Positions 1 to 7,890 of a stretch of DNA of 38,388 nucleotides are shown here, piece by piece; within the stretch, counting starts at the first letter, position 1, and each line of letters begins with the position of its first letter. The stretch spans positions 1-38,388 of IMG/VR virus record IMGVR_UViG_3300026962_000010; one strand, 5' to 3'. Origin of the DNA: a virus. Taxonomy: Duplodnaviria; Caudoviricetes. The notes under the pieces are model-generated. The model saw only the letters and a program-made list of their open reading frames with translations, made no database searches and had not been told where the DNA came from. A program made the position numbers and the translations under genes.

Positions 1-110
1 ACGACGGTCGGCGTGTCGGAGCCTGATGCCGTCGCTGTGTAAGCCAGCCACAGCCCGCTCCCGGTCGCCGACGACGGTCGGAGCGTCAGAGCGCAACGCC
101 GTGGCTGTGT
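1..110. repeat. Degenerate 40-bp direct repeat (1-40 and 71-110) in host intergenic DNA
   Basis: acgacggtcggcgtgtcggagcctgatgccgtcgctgtgt vs acgacggtcggagcgtcagagcgcaacgccgtggctgtgt, 32/40 identical by hand count, 70-bp period. Confidence 0.6.
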
Positions 111-227
111 CGAGTACGCAGCGAGAACGCGTCGCCGTCCTGCTTTCTTTCGACGCCAGACCCACAGGGAGTTGCCTCTCGGGCTGAGACCGGTAGCGTT
201 TACGCTGCCCCGGCCGAACGCCAGCGT

Positions 228-533
228 ATGCCACGCGCCAAGGAGAGCTTCGACCGGCTCCACCCCTGTGACTTCTACACGCCGGAGGAGCTACTGGTCG
301 AAGACCAGATGTACACGGTGTACGAGATCGCTCGCCTGCTGCAGGGGCTCGAACCGGACGCCGAGATCGAGGAGGAGACCGAGTCGGTGCTACTGGACTG
401 GGCCATCCCGTGGGTCATGACGAACGCCGACGATCTCGTCGTCGCCGAGCCACCCGCTGAGGACGCGCCGGGCTACTACGGCCTGCGACGAGCAGCCGAC
501 CTCGACGACGCGGAAGCCGACGGCTCGGAGTAG
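228..533 (+). CDS. Conserved haloarchaeal protein (DUF5827-like), host gene
   Basis: Acidic 101-aa ORF with PCDFYTPEEL..MYTVYEIARLLQGL..LLDWAIPW signature recalled from haloarchaeal DUF5827 proteins. Confidence 0.7.
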   Translation: MPRAKESFDRLHPCDFYTPEELLVEDQMYTVYEIARLLQGLEPDAEIEEETESVLLDWAIPWVMTNADDLVVAEPPAEDAPGYYGLRRAADLDDAEADGSE

Positions 534-547
534 TTCTTCGCGAGCCG

Positions 548-1339
548 CTACTCGCTGAACAGCGACGCGTAGCGCTCGCTGGCGGATCGTGCCCCGCGTC
601 GGAGGTAGCCGATGTCGGTGCCGGCGATGAGGTAGTCCAGCCCGCGCTCGTGCCAGGCGTCGATCTCCGCGGGTCCGGTCGCGAGCGTGCCCACGGGGAC
701 CTCCGCAGCTGCGCCCGCCGCGAGCACGCGGTCGAGCGCGTCGCGGAACGCCGGGTCGTCGTACTCGCCGAAGCAGCCGAGATCCGCCGAGAGGTCGGCA
801 GGCCCGACAAACAGCGTGTCGACGCCGTCGACGCGGGCGATCGCCTCAGCGTGGTCGACACCCGCGGCGGACTCGATCTGTGGCAGCACCGCGACGGCGT
901 CGTTGGCCGACGTGAAGGATACATCCAGATTGGCGCCGTAGCCGTTGGCGCGGCTGCCGGCGACGCCGCGAACGCCCTCGGGCGGGTAGCGCGCGGCCGA
1001 GACCAGTGCCTCGGCTTCGGCGGCGCTCTCGATGCGGGGCGCCATCACGCCCGCGGCGCCGAGGTCCAGCGCCCGCTTGACCTGTGTGGCGTCGTTCTCC
1101 GGGACCCGGACCACGGTGTCGGTGTCGCCCGCGGCGTCGACAGCGCGGACGAGTTTGCCCGCGCTCTCGACTGACAGCGGCGTGTGTTCGGTGTCGACGA
1201 CGACGAAGTCGAACTCGAGGGCGCCGACCATCTCCGCGGCCGCGGGGGAGCCAAGCGATACCCAACTTCCGATCGGTGCGTCGCCGGCAGTGAGCAGCTC
1301 TCGGAGCGCCATCGCCTCGGTCCGTCCGTGGGTAGTCAT
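548..1339 (-). CDS. HpcH/HpaI aldolase family protein, host gene
   Basis: Family motifs DFVVVDTEH, VVRVP, RALDLGAAGVMAP, RYPPEGVRG, QIES, FVGPADLS. Confidence 0.93.
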   Translation of the reverse strand: MTTHGRTEAMALRELLTAGDAPIGSWVSLGSPAAAEMVGALEFDFVVVDTEHTPLSVESAGKLVRAVDAAGDTDTVVRVPENDATQVKRALDLGAAGVMAPRIESAAEAEALVSAARYPPEGVRGVAGSRANGYGANLDVSFTSANDAVAVLPQIESAAGVDHAEAIARVDGVDTLFVGPADLSADLGCFGEYDDPAFRDALDRVLAAGAAAEVPVGTLATGPAEIDAWHERGLDYLIAGTDIGYLRRGARSASERYASLFSE

Positions 1340-1420
1340 GACTCAGAAGGCGTCCCCAACGGGCAAAAGTCGGCGGGTTCCGGCCAGTACGGTCGCTGGT
1401 CGGCTAGCAGTTCGTGAGAA

Positions 1421-1442
1421 TGGCCGGGGCGGGCTCCGAACC
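1421..1442 (-). other. Provirus attachment site: duplicated 3' end of a tRNA (possibly elongator tRNA-Met)
   Basis: Minus strand reads GGTTCGGAGCCCGCCCCGGCCA = T-loop, 3' T-stem, 3' acceptor strand and discriminator. The 5' part of the tRNA is absent. It lies 30 bp before the integrase start. Confidence 0.75.
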
Positions 1443-1471
1443 TGAAGTTTACATGCCCCACGGCCGAGCCG

Positions 1472-2719
1472 ATGTGTATGACCGACGACCCGAAGCAGGT
1501 CATCCAGCGCCGGACCGAGATCTGTCGCGAACGCCGCGACATCGCCGAGGCCGACGCCGACGCCATCCTCGAGGCTCACCGGAACATGGAGCTCGTCGTC
1601 GTTTCCGAGCAGCACCACAGCGACATCCTCATGCGCACGGTGAAGATGGCTCGCGAGATCGACGACGGGACGCTCGCGGCCGCCCTCGAGGACCGTGACG
1701 CCGCCGAGGACGTCGTCCGCTGGATCAACCGGAACTACGACAACCCCGAGAGCAACCGGAGCTACCGACAGGCGCTGCGTGCGTTCGGCCGCCACGCCCT
1801 CGGCGTCGACGACCTCCCCGACTGCCTCGAGTGGGTTCCCGCGGGTTACCCGAGCAACTACGATCCCGCGCCCGACCCCGGGAAGATGCTCCGCTGGGAG
1901 GACCACGTCGAACCGATGCTCGACGCCTGCATGAACGTCCGCGACGAGGCGCTGATCGCCCTCTGTTGGGACCTCGGCCCGCGCACCTCGGAACTCTACG
2001 AACTCCAGGTCAGCGACATCTCCGACAGCGACTACGGGCTGAAGGTCTCGATCGAGAACGGCAAGAACGGTAGCCGATCGCCGACGATCGTCAAGTCCGT
2101 CCCGTTCGTCCGCGACTGGATCGAGCACCATCCCGGCGATCGCGACGACTACCTCTGGACGAAGCTCTCCTCGCCCGAGCGCATCTCCGCGAACATGCTT
2201 CGCAAGGCACTCTACGAGGCCGGTGACCGGGCCGATGTCCAGCTCCCCGCGAAGCCCACGCCGACTCGCTTCCGGAAGTCCTCGGCCAGCTACCTCGCCA
2301 GCCAGAACGTCAACCAGGCCTTCCTCGAGGATCACCACGGCTGGGTCACCGGCTCCGACAAGGCCGCCCGCTACGTCACCGTCTTCTCCGACCAGAGCGA
2401 CCGCGCGATCGCCTCCGCCCACGGCGTCGACGTCGAGGTCGACGACGAGGGACCGGAGATGATCGAGTGCGTCCGATGCGGTGAGTTGAACGATGCCGCA
2501 CGCTCGCGGTGTTACGCCTGCGACCAGGCGCTCACTCAGGAGGCCGTCGAGAAGGAGGAGCTGGTCGACACCCTCCTCGACCGGCTCGACGAACAGATGC
2601 TCGACGCCGACGACCGGGACGAACGCCGCGACATCCTCGAGGGGAAGCGCGTCGTCGAGGAGCGCCGGTCGGAGATGGACCTCGACGCCCTTCATGAGTT
2701 GCTCTCCTCCGACGCCTGA
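1472..2719 (+). CDS. int: Tyrosine recombinase/integrase with C-terminal Zn ribbon
   Basis: RDEALIALCWDLGPRTSEL (catalytic R), GKNG (K), TRFRKSSASYL (xxxR), HHGW..S..ARY (H/W, Y), CVRCG..CYAC; adjacent to att. Confidence 0.92.
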   Translation: MCMTDDPKQVIQRRTEICRERRDIAEADADAILEAHRNMELVVVSEQHHSDILMRTVKMAREIDDGTLAAALEDRDAAEDVVRWINRNYDNPESNRSYRQALRAFGRHALGVDDLPDCLEWVPAGYPSNYDPAPDPGKMLRWEDHVEPMLDACMNVRDEALIALCWDLGPRTSELYELQVSDISDSDYGLKVSIENGKNGSRSPTIVKSVPFVRDWIEHHPGDRDDYLWTKLSSPERISANMLRKALYEAGDRADVQLPAKPTPTRFRKSSASYLASQNVNQAFLEDHHGWVTGSDKAARYVTVFSDQSDRAIASAHGVDVEVDDEGPEMIECVRCGELNDAARSRCYACDQALTQEAVEKEELVDTLLDRLDEQMLDADDRDERRDILEGKRVVEERRSEMDLDALHELLSSDA

Positions 2720-2847
2720 CTCGCCAGCTCTAGAGCGGCGCTGAGCTCCGGGTCATCTGCGAACCGATCGGCGAGCCGCTCGAGCAGGTCGTCTTTGTCG
2801 TCCTCGCTCATCTCTTCGGCGTCGGTTGGTTGGTGTGTTGCGCTCAT
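2692..2847 (-). CDS. Small acidic protein (51 aa), convergent with and overlapping the integrase 3' end
   Basis: Hand translation MSATHQPTDAEEMSEDDKDDLLERLADRFADDPELSAALELASQASEESNS; ATG overlaps the upstream stop. Confidence 0.6.
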   Translation of the reverse strand: MSATHQPTDAEEMSEDDKDDLLERLADRFADDPELSAALELASQASEESNS

Positions 2848-3185
2848 CGCTGGGGTTCTGTATCGCGGTTACTGGTTGATACTGGGCCGAACTGTGCCTC
2901 GACAGCTTCCCGAGCCGCTTCGCCCTGATCGTTCGTCACCATCGAGTCGACGATCGAGTAGCAGGTCACGAGTCGGTCGCCGCACCGGAACAGCACGGTC
3001 TGAGTCTGTTCGTCATAGCGAGCTTCGTCGTGGTCGGGGACTCGATCCTCGCCGTTCTGTGCGTGGGACATGTCGAGCTGCTCGCCCCGGTCCCAGACAC
3101 GGGTTGGATGCTGCGCGGGATCGCCTCGCTGTGGCCAGCGCTGGAGGTTGAGGTGCTTCGTGGCGAAGACACTCACCGGGACCAC
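2844..3185 (-). CDS. Hypothetical viral protein (possible RelE/DUF4258-like fold)
   Basis: 113 aa in a coupled operon; T-x-H...R-W-x-Q-R N-terminus and a terminal LVTC strand. Confidence 0.55.
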   Translation of the reverse strand: MVPVSVFATKHLNLQRWPQRGDPAQHPTRVWDRGEQLDMSHAQNGEDRVPDHDEARYDEQTQTVLFRCGDRLVTCYSIVDSMVTNDQGEAAREAVEAQFGPVSTSNRDTEPQR

Positions 3186-3349
3186 CTCCGGAGGGCGACC
3201 GCGGCGACGAACAGCCCGAGGACCGCACTGACGCCGACGACGTCCAGCAGCGTGACGCCGATCGTCGCGAGCGCGGCCGTCAGCGTGCCCACGCCGGCGG
3301 CGAGGATCAGCAGTGAGAGGATGCGGCCGGGGGCGATCTGGGTACTCAT
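3173..3349 (-). CDS. Small 2-TM membrane protein
   Basis: MSTQIAPGRILSLLILAAGVG...LFVAAVALRRWSR; start at internal ATG 3349 coupled to the upstream stop. Confidence 0.7.
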   Translation of the reverse strand: MSTQIAPGRILSLLILAAGVGTLTAALATIGVTLLDVVGVSAVLGLFVAAVALRRWSR

Positions 3350-3558
3350 GCTCGCCCCTCCGGTCGCTGCTCGGTCTTCGCGACGACCGTCCGGCACGAC
3401 GTCCGCGGGCAGCGCATCCGTTCGATCCAGATGCCGTCCTCGATGCTGGTGCTGTGGACCCACCCGCCGCCGGACGTAAACTCCTCGTCGTCGCCGGTCG
3501 GGTCGTGCCCGCAACTCGGGCAGCGGTCGGGGAGCTGTGCGCGAAGATCGTCCGCCAT
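3346..3558 (-). CDS. Small CPxCG-type zinc-finger protein
   Basis: CPSCG...CPRTSC, 70 aa. Confidence 0.7.
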   Translation of the reverse strand: MADDLRAQLPDRCPSCGHDPTGDDEEFTSGGGWVHSTSIEDGIWIERMRCPRTSCRTVVAKTEQRPEGRA

Positions 3559-3701
3559 CAGGCGTCACCCCTGGCCTCGGGTCGCTCGAGGACGTACCAC
3601 TCGTCGCGCTCTTCGTAGTAGGCGACGGTCGCGTCGGTCGGCTCGAGATGCTGGGCCGTCTCCCGCGAGACCTTGTCGACGACTTTGTAGTCGCCGCTCA
3701 T
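3558..3701 (-). CDS. Hypothetical protein (47 aa)
   Basis: Hand translation MSGDYKVVDKVSRETAQHLEPTDATVAYYEERDEWYVLERPEARGDA; fills the gap with ATGA/TGATG overlaps. Confidence 0.65.
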   Translation of the reverse strand: MSGDYKVVDKVSRETAQHLEPTDATVAYYEERDEWYVLERPEARGDA

Positions 3702-3952
3702 GCCGGCACCTCCACGTCCGCGAGGACGCAGTCCTTACACGGGCCGCGCCAGCGCTGCTGTTCGGCGGCCCGCGTGCTCTCGTCGGGGTCGTCGCCGAGG
3801 TTGCGACAACCCGCGTCGTCGTGGTAGATCCGCGGCGTCGTCCGCGAGTCGCTGCCGGGCGAGCCAGCGGGGCGGACGTACACCGTGTCGTCGGGATCGC
3901 CGGGGTCGTGCTCCTGGCGGGCAAGCAGGTCTTCGCGAGTGACCTCACCCAT
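3698..3952 (-). CDS. Small putative metal-binding protein
   Basis: YHxxxxC...CxxC pattern (IYHDDAGC, CKDC). Confidence 0.7.
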   Translation of the reverse strand: MGEVTREDLLARQEHDPGDPDDTVYVRPAGSPGSDSRTTPRIYHDDAGCRNLGDDPDESTRAAEQQRWRGPCKDCVLADVEVPA

Positions 3953-4749
3953 CAGTGCTCACCTCCGGGATCGTTGACGGTGTCCAGGTCGTCGAGGCTC
4001 CCCTCCGAGTCACCGCCATCGGCGGCTACCTCGGCGCGGTCCCGCTCATCCTCGGTGAGCGTGTCCTGTTCAGTCTCGTCGTCGACGTCCGGGATGTAGA
4101 GGTGCGGAAGCACCTCCTCGCGAACCCACGCCCCGAACACTTCGGAGATGGTGTCGCTGTAGAGGGCGACGTAGCCACTCTCGTAGACGATCCCCTCGAC
4201 GCGGGTGTCGTCCCAGAAGTACTCGAACCCGAGCCCGATGGTGCCGCCCTGGGCGGCGTCGAGATCTGCCGAACGGTGGTAGTCGATCGACGTCTCCTCC
4301 ATCCCCCCGCCGTAGTCTTCTTGGCGGCTGACGTTCCAGGCGTTGGGTGCGTCGGCCTCCTCGCGGATCCGCGCGGCGAACTCGTCGACGTCGACGCGCG
4401 TCTCTGTCACCTCGACGCCGGTCTTCGCGGCGATGCGCTTGACCAGCCACTCGCCGTCACCCTCCGAGGAGACGCCGATGAAGCCGGGGTCGGTGGAGAC
4501 GTCGGCGTAGAACTCCACCTTCTTGCGCTGGATCACGTCCTCGCGGGAGGTGGTGATCTTCCCGTTGTCGATGTGGACCTTCTGGATCTGCTCCTCGACG
4601 TAGTCCGCGGCGCTGCCGAAGTAGAGCTCGTGGCCGTCGAGGTACTGGACGCTCTCTGCGTCGACCGCGGGGAGCTCGCCGTCCATCTTCGACTCGATCG
4701 TCGGATCCCGCGCCTCGTTGAGCGTGAGGAACAGGGACGCGGCGTGCAT
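3952..4749 (-). CDS. Hypothetical protein (265 aa)
   Basis: Acidic ORF with halophile codon usage, coupled at both ends. Confidence 0.8.
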   Translation of the reverse strand: MHAASLFLTLNEARDPTIESKMDGELPAVDAESVQYLDGHELYFGSAADYVEEQIQKVHIDNGKITTSREDVIQRKKVEFYADVSTDPGFIGVSSEGDGEWLVKRIAAKTGVEVTETRVDVDEFAARIREEADAPNAWNVSRQEDYGGGMEETSIDYHRSADLDAAQGGTIGLGFEYFWDDTRVEGIVYESGYVALYSDTISEVFGAWVREEVLPHLYIPDVDDETEQDTLTEDERDRAEVAADGGDSEGSLDDLDTVNDPGGEH

Positions 4750-5363
4750 CAGGCACCCACCTCCTCGGGCCGCACTTCTTCACCGGGCTCGAGGTCGTCG
4801 TACCCCTCGCGCCAGTGGCGGTGGTCCGGGCCGATCACGCGGTCCTGCATCCCCTGTTCGCGGATCGCATCGGCGCTGATCAGGCGGATCGAAGTGTGTT
4901 TCCCGACCTCGTCGTAGTTCTCGATTGCGCCGTCTTCGGCGATCTCGAGGTCAGCATCGTCGTCGAACTCCTGCCAGCGGACGACGGCGTACTCTTGACC
5001 GTCGCGAGTGACGGTGTGGAACCCTCCGTCGGCGATCGCCCGCGTCGACGCCGTCTCGAAGCCGGTCGCGAGCGTGCCGGGATCCGCCTCGGGCTCGCTG
5101 CCGCCGACGGCCCACTGCACGACCGCCTCGAGGCCGGGATCGACGGCGTCGGTCAGCGTGGCCAGCTGCTCGCGCTCGCAGTCGTGACACAGCCACCGGC
5201 CGGTCCGGGCGTAGTGGCCCTCGGCGCTCGTTTGCTTGCACCAGGCACAGGTCTTGGTGTCGTCGTGGTCGTGATCGACGCCGGCGTGGTTGCGCTCGAC
5301 CGCGCAGATCTGACACAGCGACCCCGAGCGGATCTGGGTGTCGCACTGCTCGCAGTTAGGCAT
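4749..5363 (-). CDS. Zinc-finger protein (four CxxC pairs)
   Basis: CEQC..CQIC, CAWC..CHDC; acidic C-terminus. Confidence 0.75.
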   Translation of the reverse strand: MPNCEQCDTQIRSGSLCQICAVERNHAGVDHDHDDTKTCAWCKQTSAEGHYARTGRWLCHDCEREQLATLTDAVDPGLEAVVQWAVGGSEPEADPGTLATGFETASTRAIADGGFHTVTRDGQEYAVVRWQEFDDDADLEIAEDGAIENYDEVGKHTSIRLISADAIREQGMQDRVIGPDHRHWREGYDDLEPGEEVRPEEVGA

Positions 5364-5589
5364 CGTCGACCTCCGTCCCGCAGTCGATACAGACGACGAT
5401 TCCCGTCGGCGCGTCGTCGTGCTCGGTTGCCGTGACGGTGCGGTCGTGGTCGCAGTCCGCGGGATCCGGGAGGTCCAGCGCGGCGGCGTTCCGTTCCGTG
5501 ATCCCGACCGGGTCGTCGTTCTCGTCCTTGGGCGCGTTGTGGTGCTCGGCGTCGAGGACGACGTCGTCGGAGTGGTCGTCGTCGCTCAT
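5356..5589 (-). CDS. Small protein with NAPKDE module and C-terminal CxH/CxxC
   Basis: 77 aa; EHHNAPKDENDDPVGITE, CDH...CIDCG. Confidence 0.7.
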   Translation of the reverse strand: MSDDDHSDDVVLDAEHHNAPKDENDDPVGITERNAAALDLPDPADCDHDRTVTATEHDDAPTGIVVCIDCGTEVDDA

Positions 5590-5747
5590 GCTTCACCTCC
5601 AGCGTAGGCGACGTCGACGCGGTCGGTCGGCGACTGGTGGACGCTCTTGGGGTTGGGGTCCGGACAGTTGGGGCAGCGCGCCGACGCCGGGTAGCGGACC
5701 TCGTGCGCGCCACAGACCACAAACTGCCCCTCGTAACCGGCGGCCAT
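5586..5747 (-). CDS. Small Zn-binding protein (53 aa)
   Basis: Hand translation MAAGYEGQFVVCGAHEVRYPASARCPNCPD...GGEA; coupled overlaps on both sides. Confidence 0.6.
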   Translation of the reverse strand: MAAGYEGQFVVCGAHEVRYPASARCPNCPDPNPKSVHQSPTDRVDVAYAGGEA

Positions 5748-6106
5748 CAGGCGTCACCTCCGTTGACCCGCTCGCCGTACACGTCAATCTCGACGCGCTG
5801 GGACGGCGGCACCTCGATGATGCTGCCCCCAATTTCGGCGGTGACGGCACTGCTCAGCCGCTTGTGGAGGTAGCCTTCGGCGATCTGGTCGCCCTCGAAG
5901 CGGACCTCGAACGTTCCGGCGTGGTCGTGCTCGTCGGTGGTGTCCTGGTAGCCACGGACGGTGAGGTCCGACGGGCTCGCCTCGGGGACACAGATCTCGC
6001 CGGCCTCGGCGCCGCCGATCGAGACGACGGCTGCGTAGTCGCGATCGTGATCGTGGTACACGTCCAGCAGCTCGTGGCCGCTGACGCGGACGGTCGTGCG
6101 CGTCAT
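5747..6106 (-). CDS. Hypothetical protein (119 aa)
   Basis: Acidic ORF, GGAGGTG SD upstream, coupled. Confidence 0.7.
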   Translation of the reverse strand: MTRTTVRVSGHELLDVYHDHDRDYAAVVSIGGAEAGEICVPEASPSDLTVRGYQDTTDEHDHAGTFEVRFEGDQIAEGYLHKRLSSAVTAEIGGSIIEVPPSQRVEIDVYGERVNGGDA

Positions 6107-6408
6107 CGGTCACCTCCGTCGGTGATGTCGATATCCGCCTCGTCGACGTCGTTCACCGCGATCACGTCTTCGGGCTGGTAGTCGGCGCCGGTGAACTGCG
6201 TCCTCGCCAGCACCTCCTGGATCTCGCGGTCGTGGGGCGGCCGCAGTGCTTCCCACGCCTCCTCTCGGGACTCGGCGCGGACGGCGACGAGCGCGGACTG
6301 GCGGAGCTGGAGGTCGATCTCGTAGACGTCGCCGTCCTGCTCCGTGATGCCCGCCGGATCGTCCTGTTCGTCCTTCGGCGCGTTCTCGTGCTCGTCGCTC
6401 GCCATCAC
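6103..6408 (-). CDS. Hypothetical protein with NAPKDE module
   Basis: 101 aa; EHENAPKDEQDDPAGITE, then VRAESREEA. Confidence 0.72.
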   Translation of the reverse strand: MMASDEHENAPKDEQDDPAGITEQDGDVYEIDLQLRQSALVAVRAESREEAWEALRPPHDREIQEVLARTQFTGADYQPEDVIAVNDVDEADIDITDGGDR

Positions 6409-6863
6409 GCACCACCTCGGATGTAGTTCGCGACGCGCTCGAGCATCGAGTCCGGCTCGTCGTGGGGCTCGGACACGGCGGCCATCGCCTCGAGGGCGAT
6501 CTCGTGTGCGGGCCCGGCCGTGACTGCCTGCTTGACGTTGTGGTAGTCGACGATGTCCCAGGCGTCCAGCTTGTCCAGGTGGTTCTGGTAGAGCGCGATG
6601 TAGACGCGCTTGCGCTGCTGGCTCTCGACGCGATCGAGGGCGACGTCGTTCTCGACGGCCGCGATCTCGCGCGCCAGCGTGCCGATGTCGGTCTCGCCAT
6701 CCCGGACCGCCCGGATCACGTGGCGCCGACGCGAGTTACTCAGCGCCTGATACAGGTCGTCCGCCGCGATCTGGTCTGTAAGCTGCGGGTAACTAATGGT
6801 CCCTGCGTCGATGCTACTTTCGTCGTGGGGCTCATTTGCCCCGGTGGTCCTGTTTGAAGCCAT
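6405..6863 (-). CDS. Haloarchaeal winged-helix protein (DUF7344/ArsR-like)
   Basis: ALSNSRRRHVI...LAREIAAVEN...RKRVYIALYQNHLDKL...IVDY; ATG at 6863 preferred over GTG at 6887. Confidence 0.8.
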   Translation of the reverse strand: MASNRTTGANEPHDESSIDAGTISYPQLTDQIAADDLYQALSNSRRRHVIRAVRDGETDIGTLAREIAAVENDVALDRVESQQRKRVYIALYQNHLDKLDAWDIVDYHNVKQAVTAGPAHEIALEAMAAVSEPHDEPDSMLERVANYIRGGA

Positions 6864-6949
6864 CTTGCTGGTGGTCTGCAGGGCCACGCTCCGCGACCCA
6901 CTGGCGTCGGCTTTGGACGGGTGACGTCGGTGGGCGCGATCGAGCGCGG

Positions 6950-7177
6950 TTAGTTCTCTGCCGATGCTTCGTCAGTCGATCGAGCTCCGGTGTTGGATTT
7001 CCGCAGTTCAATCTCACCTCCTCCGAAGCCGGCGGCGACGACGACCTCGTCGCCCTGCTGGAGTCCCGCTTCGTGCAGGAGCTCCGGCGGGAGCGAGACC
7101 ACGACGCTGTTTCCAGACTGTCGTAGCGTCCGATTTGCTCGTGCCTCGCCCGCTTCTCGGTCGTAGTCAACCGGCAT
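6950..7177 (-). CDS. AbrB/MazE/SpoVT family DNA-binding protein
   Basis: RTLRQSGNSVVVSLPPELLHEAGLQQGDEVVV. Confidence 0.88.
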   Translation of the reverse strand: MPVDYDREAGEARANRTLRQSGNSVVVSLPPELLHEAGLQQGDEVVVAAGFGGGEIELRKSNTGARSTDEASAEN

Positions 7178-7281
7178 ACATGATGTCTTACTTCCGGTCA
7201 TACCTTAAGTCTTGTCCACAGTATGGGTGTGGGGTCACACTTTTAGTCCCTCCGGCGCCTGTCTTATTCGAGTAAGACTTA
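7178..7281. promoter_or_regulatory. Divergent promoter/operator region between two AbrB genes
   Basis: AT-rich; TATA-like CTTAAG (7204-7209) and TTTTAG (7241-7246); GTCTTA/TAAGAC palindrome 7261-7278; TAAGTCTT 7206-7213 inverted at 7274-7281. Confidence 0.65.
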
Positions 7282-7508
7282 TGGGCCACACACAGGCAGG
7301 TATGTGCATGGGGAAGGGCGGCGAATCCACCGACGAATGGGCCGTTACTGAGGAGCGGAAGCTCCGGAAATCTGGGAACAGCACGGTGCTGTCGATGCCG
7401 CCCAACATCCTCCAGGAGGTCCGCCTCGCCGTTGGCGACGATGTCGAGCTCGTCGCGAACCGCGACGAGGGGACCATCACGATCCGGCCAGCCAGCGACG
7501 CGGAGTAG
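7281..7508 (+). CDS. AbrB/MazE/SpoVT family DNA-binding protein
   Basis: RKLRKSGNSTVLSMPPNILQEVRLAVGDDVEL...ITIRP; start may be 7281, 7302 or 7308. Confidence 0.88.
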   Translation: MGHTQAGMCMGKGGESTDEWAVTEERKLRKSGNSTVLSMPPNILQEVRLAVGDDVELVANRDEGTITIRPASDAE

Positions 7509-7520
7509 GGGCATCTTTCT

Positions 7521-7890
7521 CACAGCGCCGCGACTCCACAGCGCCGCGGCTCCCGATCGACGACCGCCGCCGAGAGCCTGGTGGCGCATACGTGACCCGA
7601 CACGCCGCGGCCCCATAGGTGTCGGCCGCGGGGTTCCGAACGGTTCCGGTCGGTGACAGATCACCAGCGGGCGCCCTGATCTGCATGTTCCGATTGGTGT
7701 TCCGATCGGTGTCGCGCCACGCATACTCTGCTCGAGGAAACCCAGCACCGTATAAGGCTGAGGAGGGGGGTTACACCTGCAACCCCCCACCCCAGGGATT
7801 TATCAGGAAAACCAGCACTGGGAGGCTTAACCAATCAATCACCGTGAGTTAACCAATCGCCGACGGGTGGCGATACACTTACTTCCGGTC
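7521..7890. repeat. Repeat-dense non-coding region
   Basis: Tandem cacagcgccgcg(a/g)ctc 7521-7552; aggaaa(c/a)ccagcac at 7735 and 7805; G6/C6 inverted repeat ~7765-7788; ttaaccaatc at 7827 and 7849. Confidence 0.6.

Noticed and set aside
1400-1500. Complete tRNA gene
   Set aside because: Only the 3' 22 nt are tRNA-like; no D-arm, anticodon arm or 5' acceptor strand
1343-2695. 450-aa minus-strand ORF and similar long antisense ORFs (3955..4917, 21165..22352, 32254..33636, 36940..38169)
   Set aside because: Shadow frames of real genes in high-GC DNA; no motifs and non-halophilic composition
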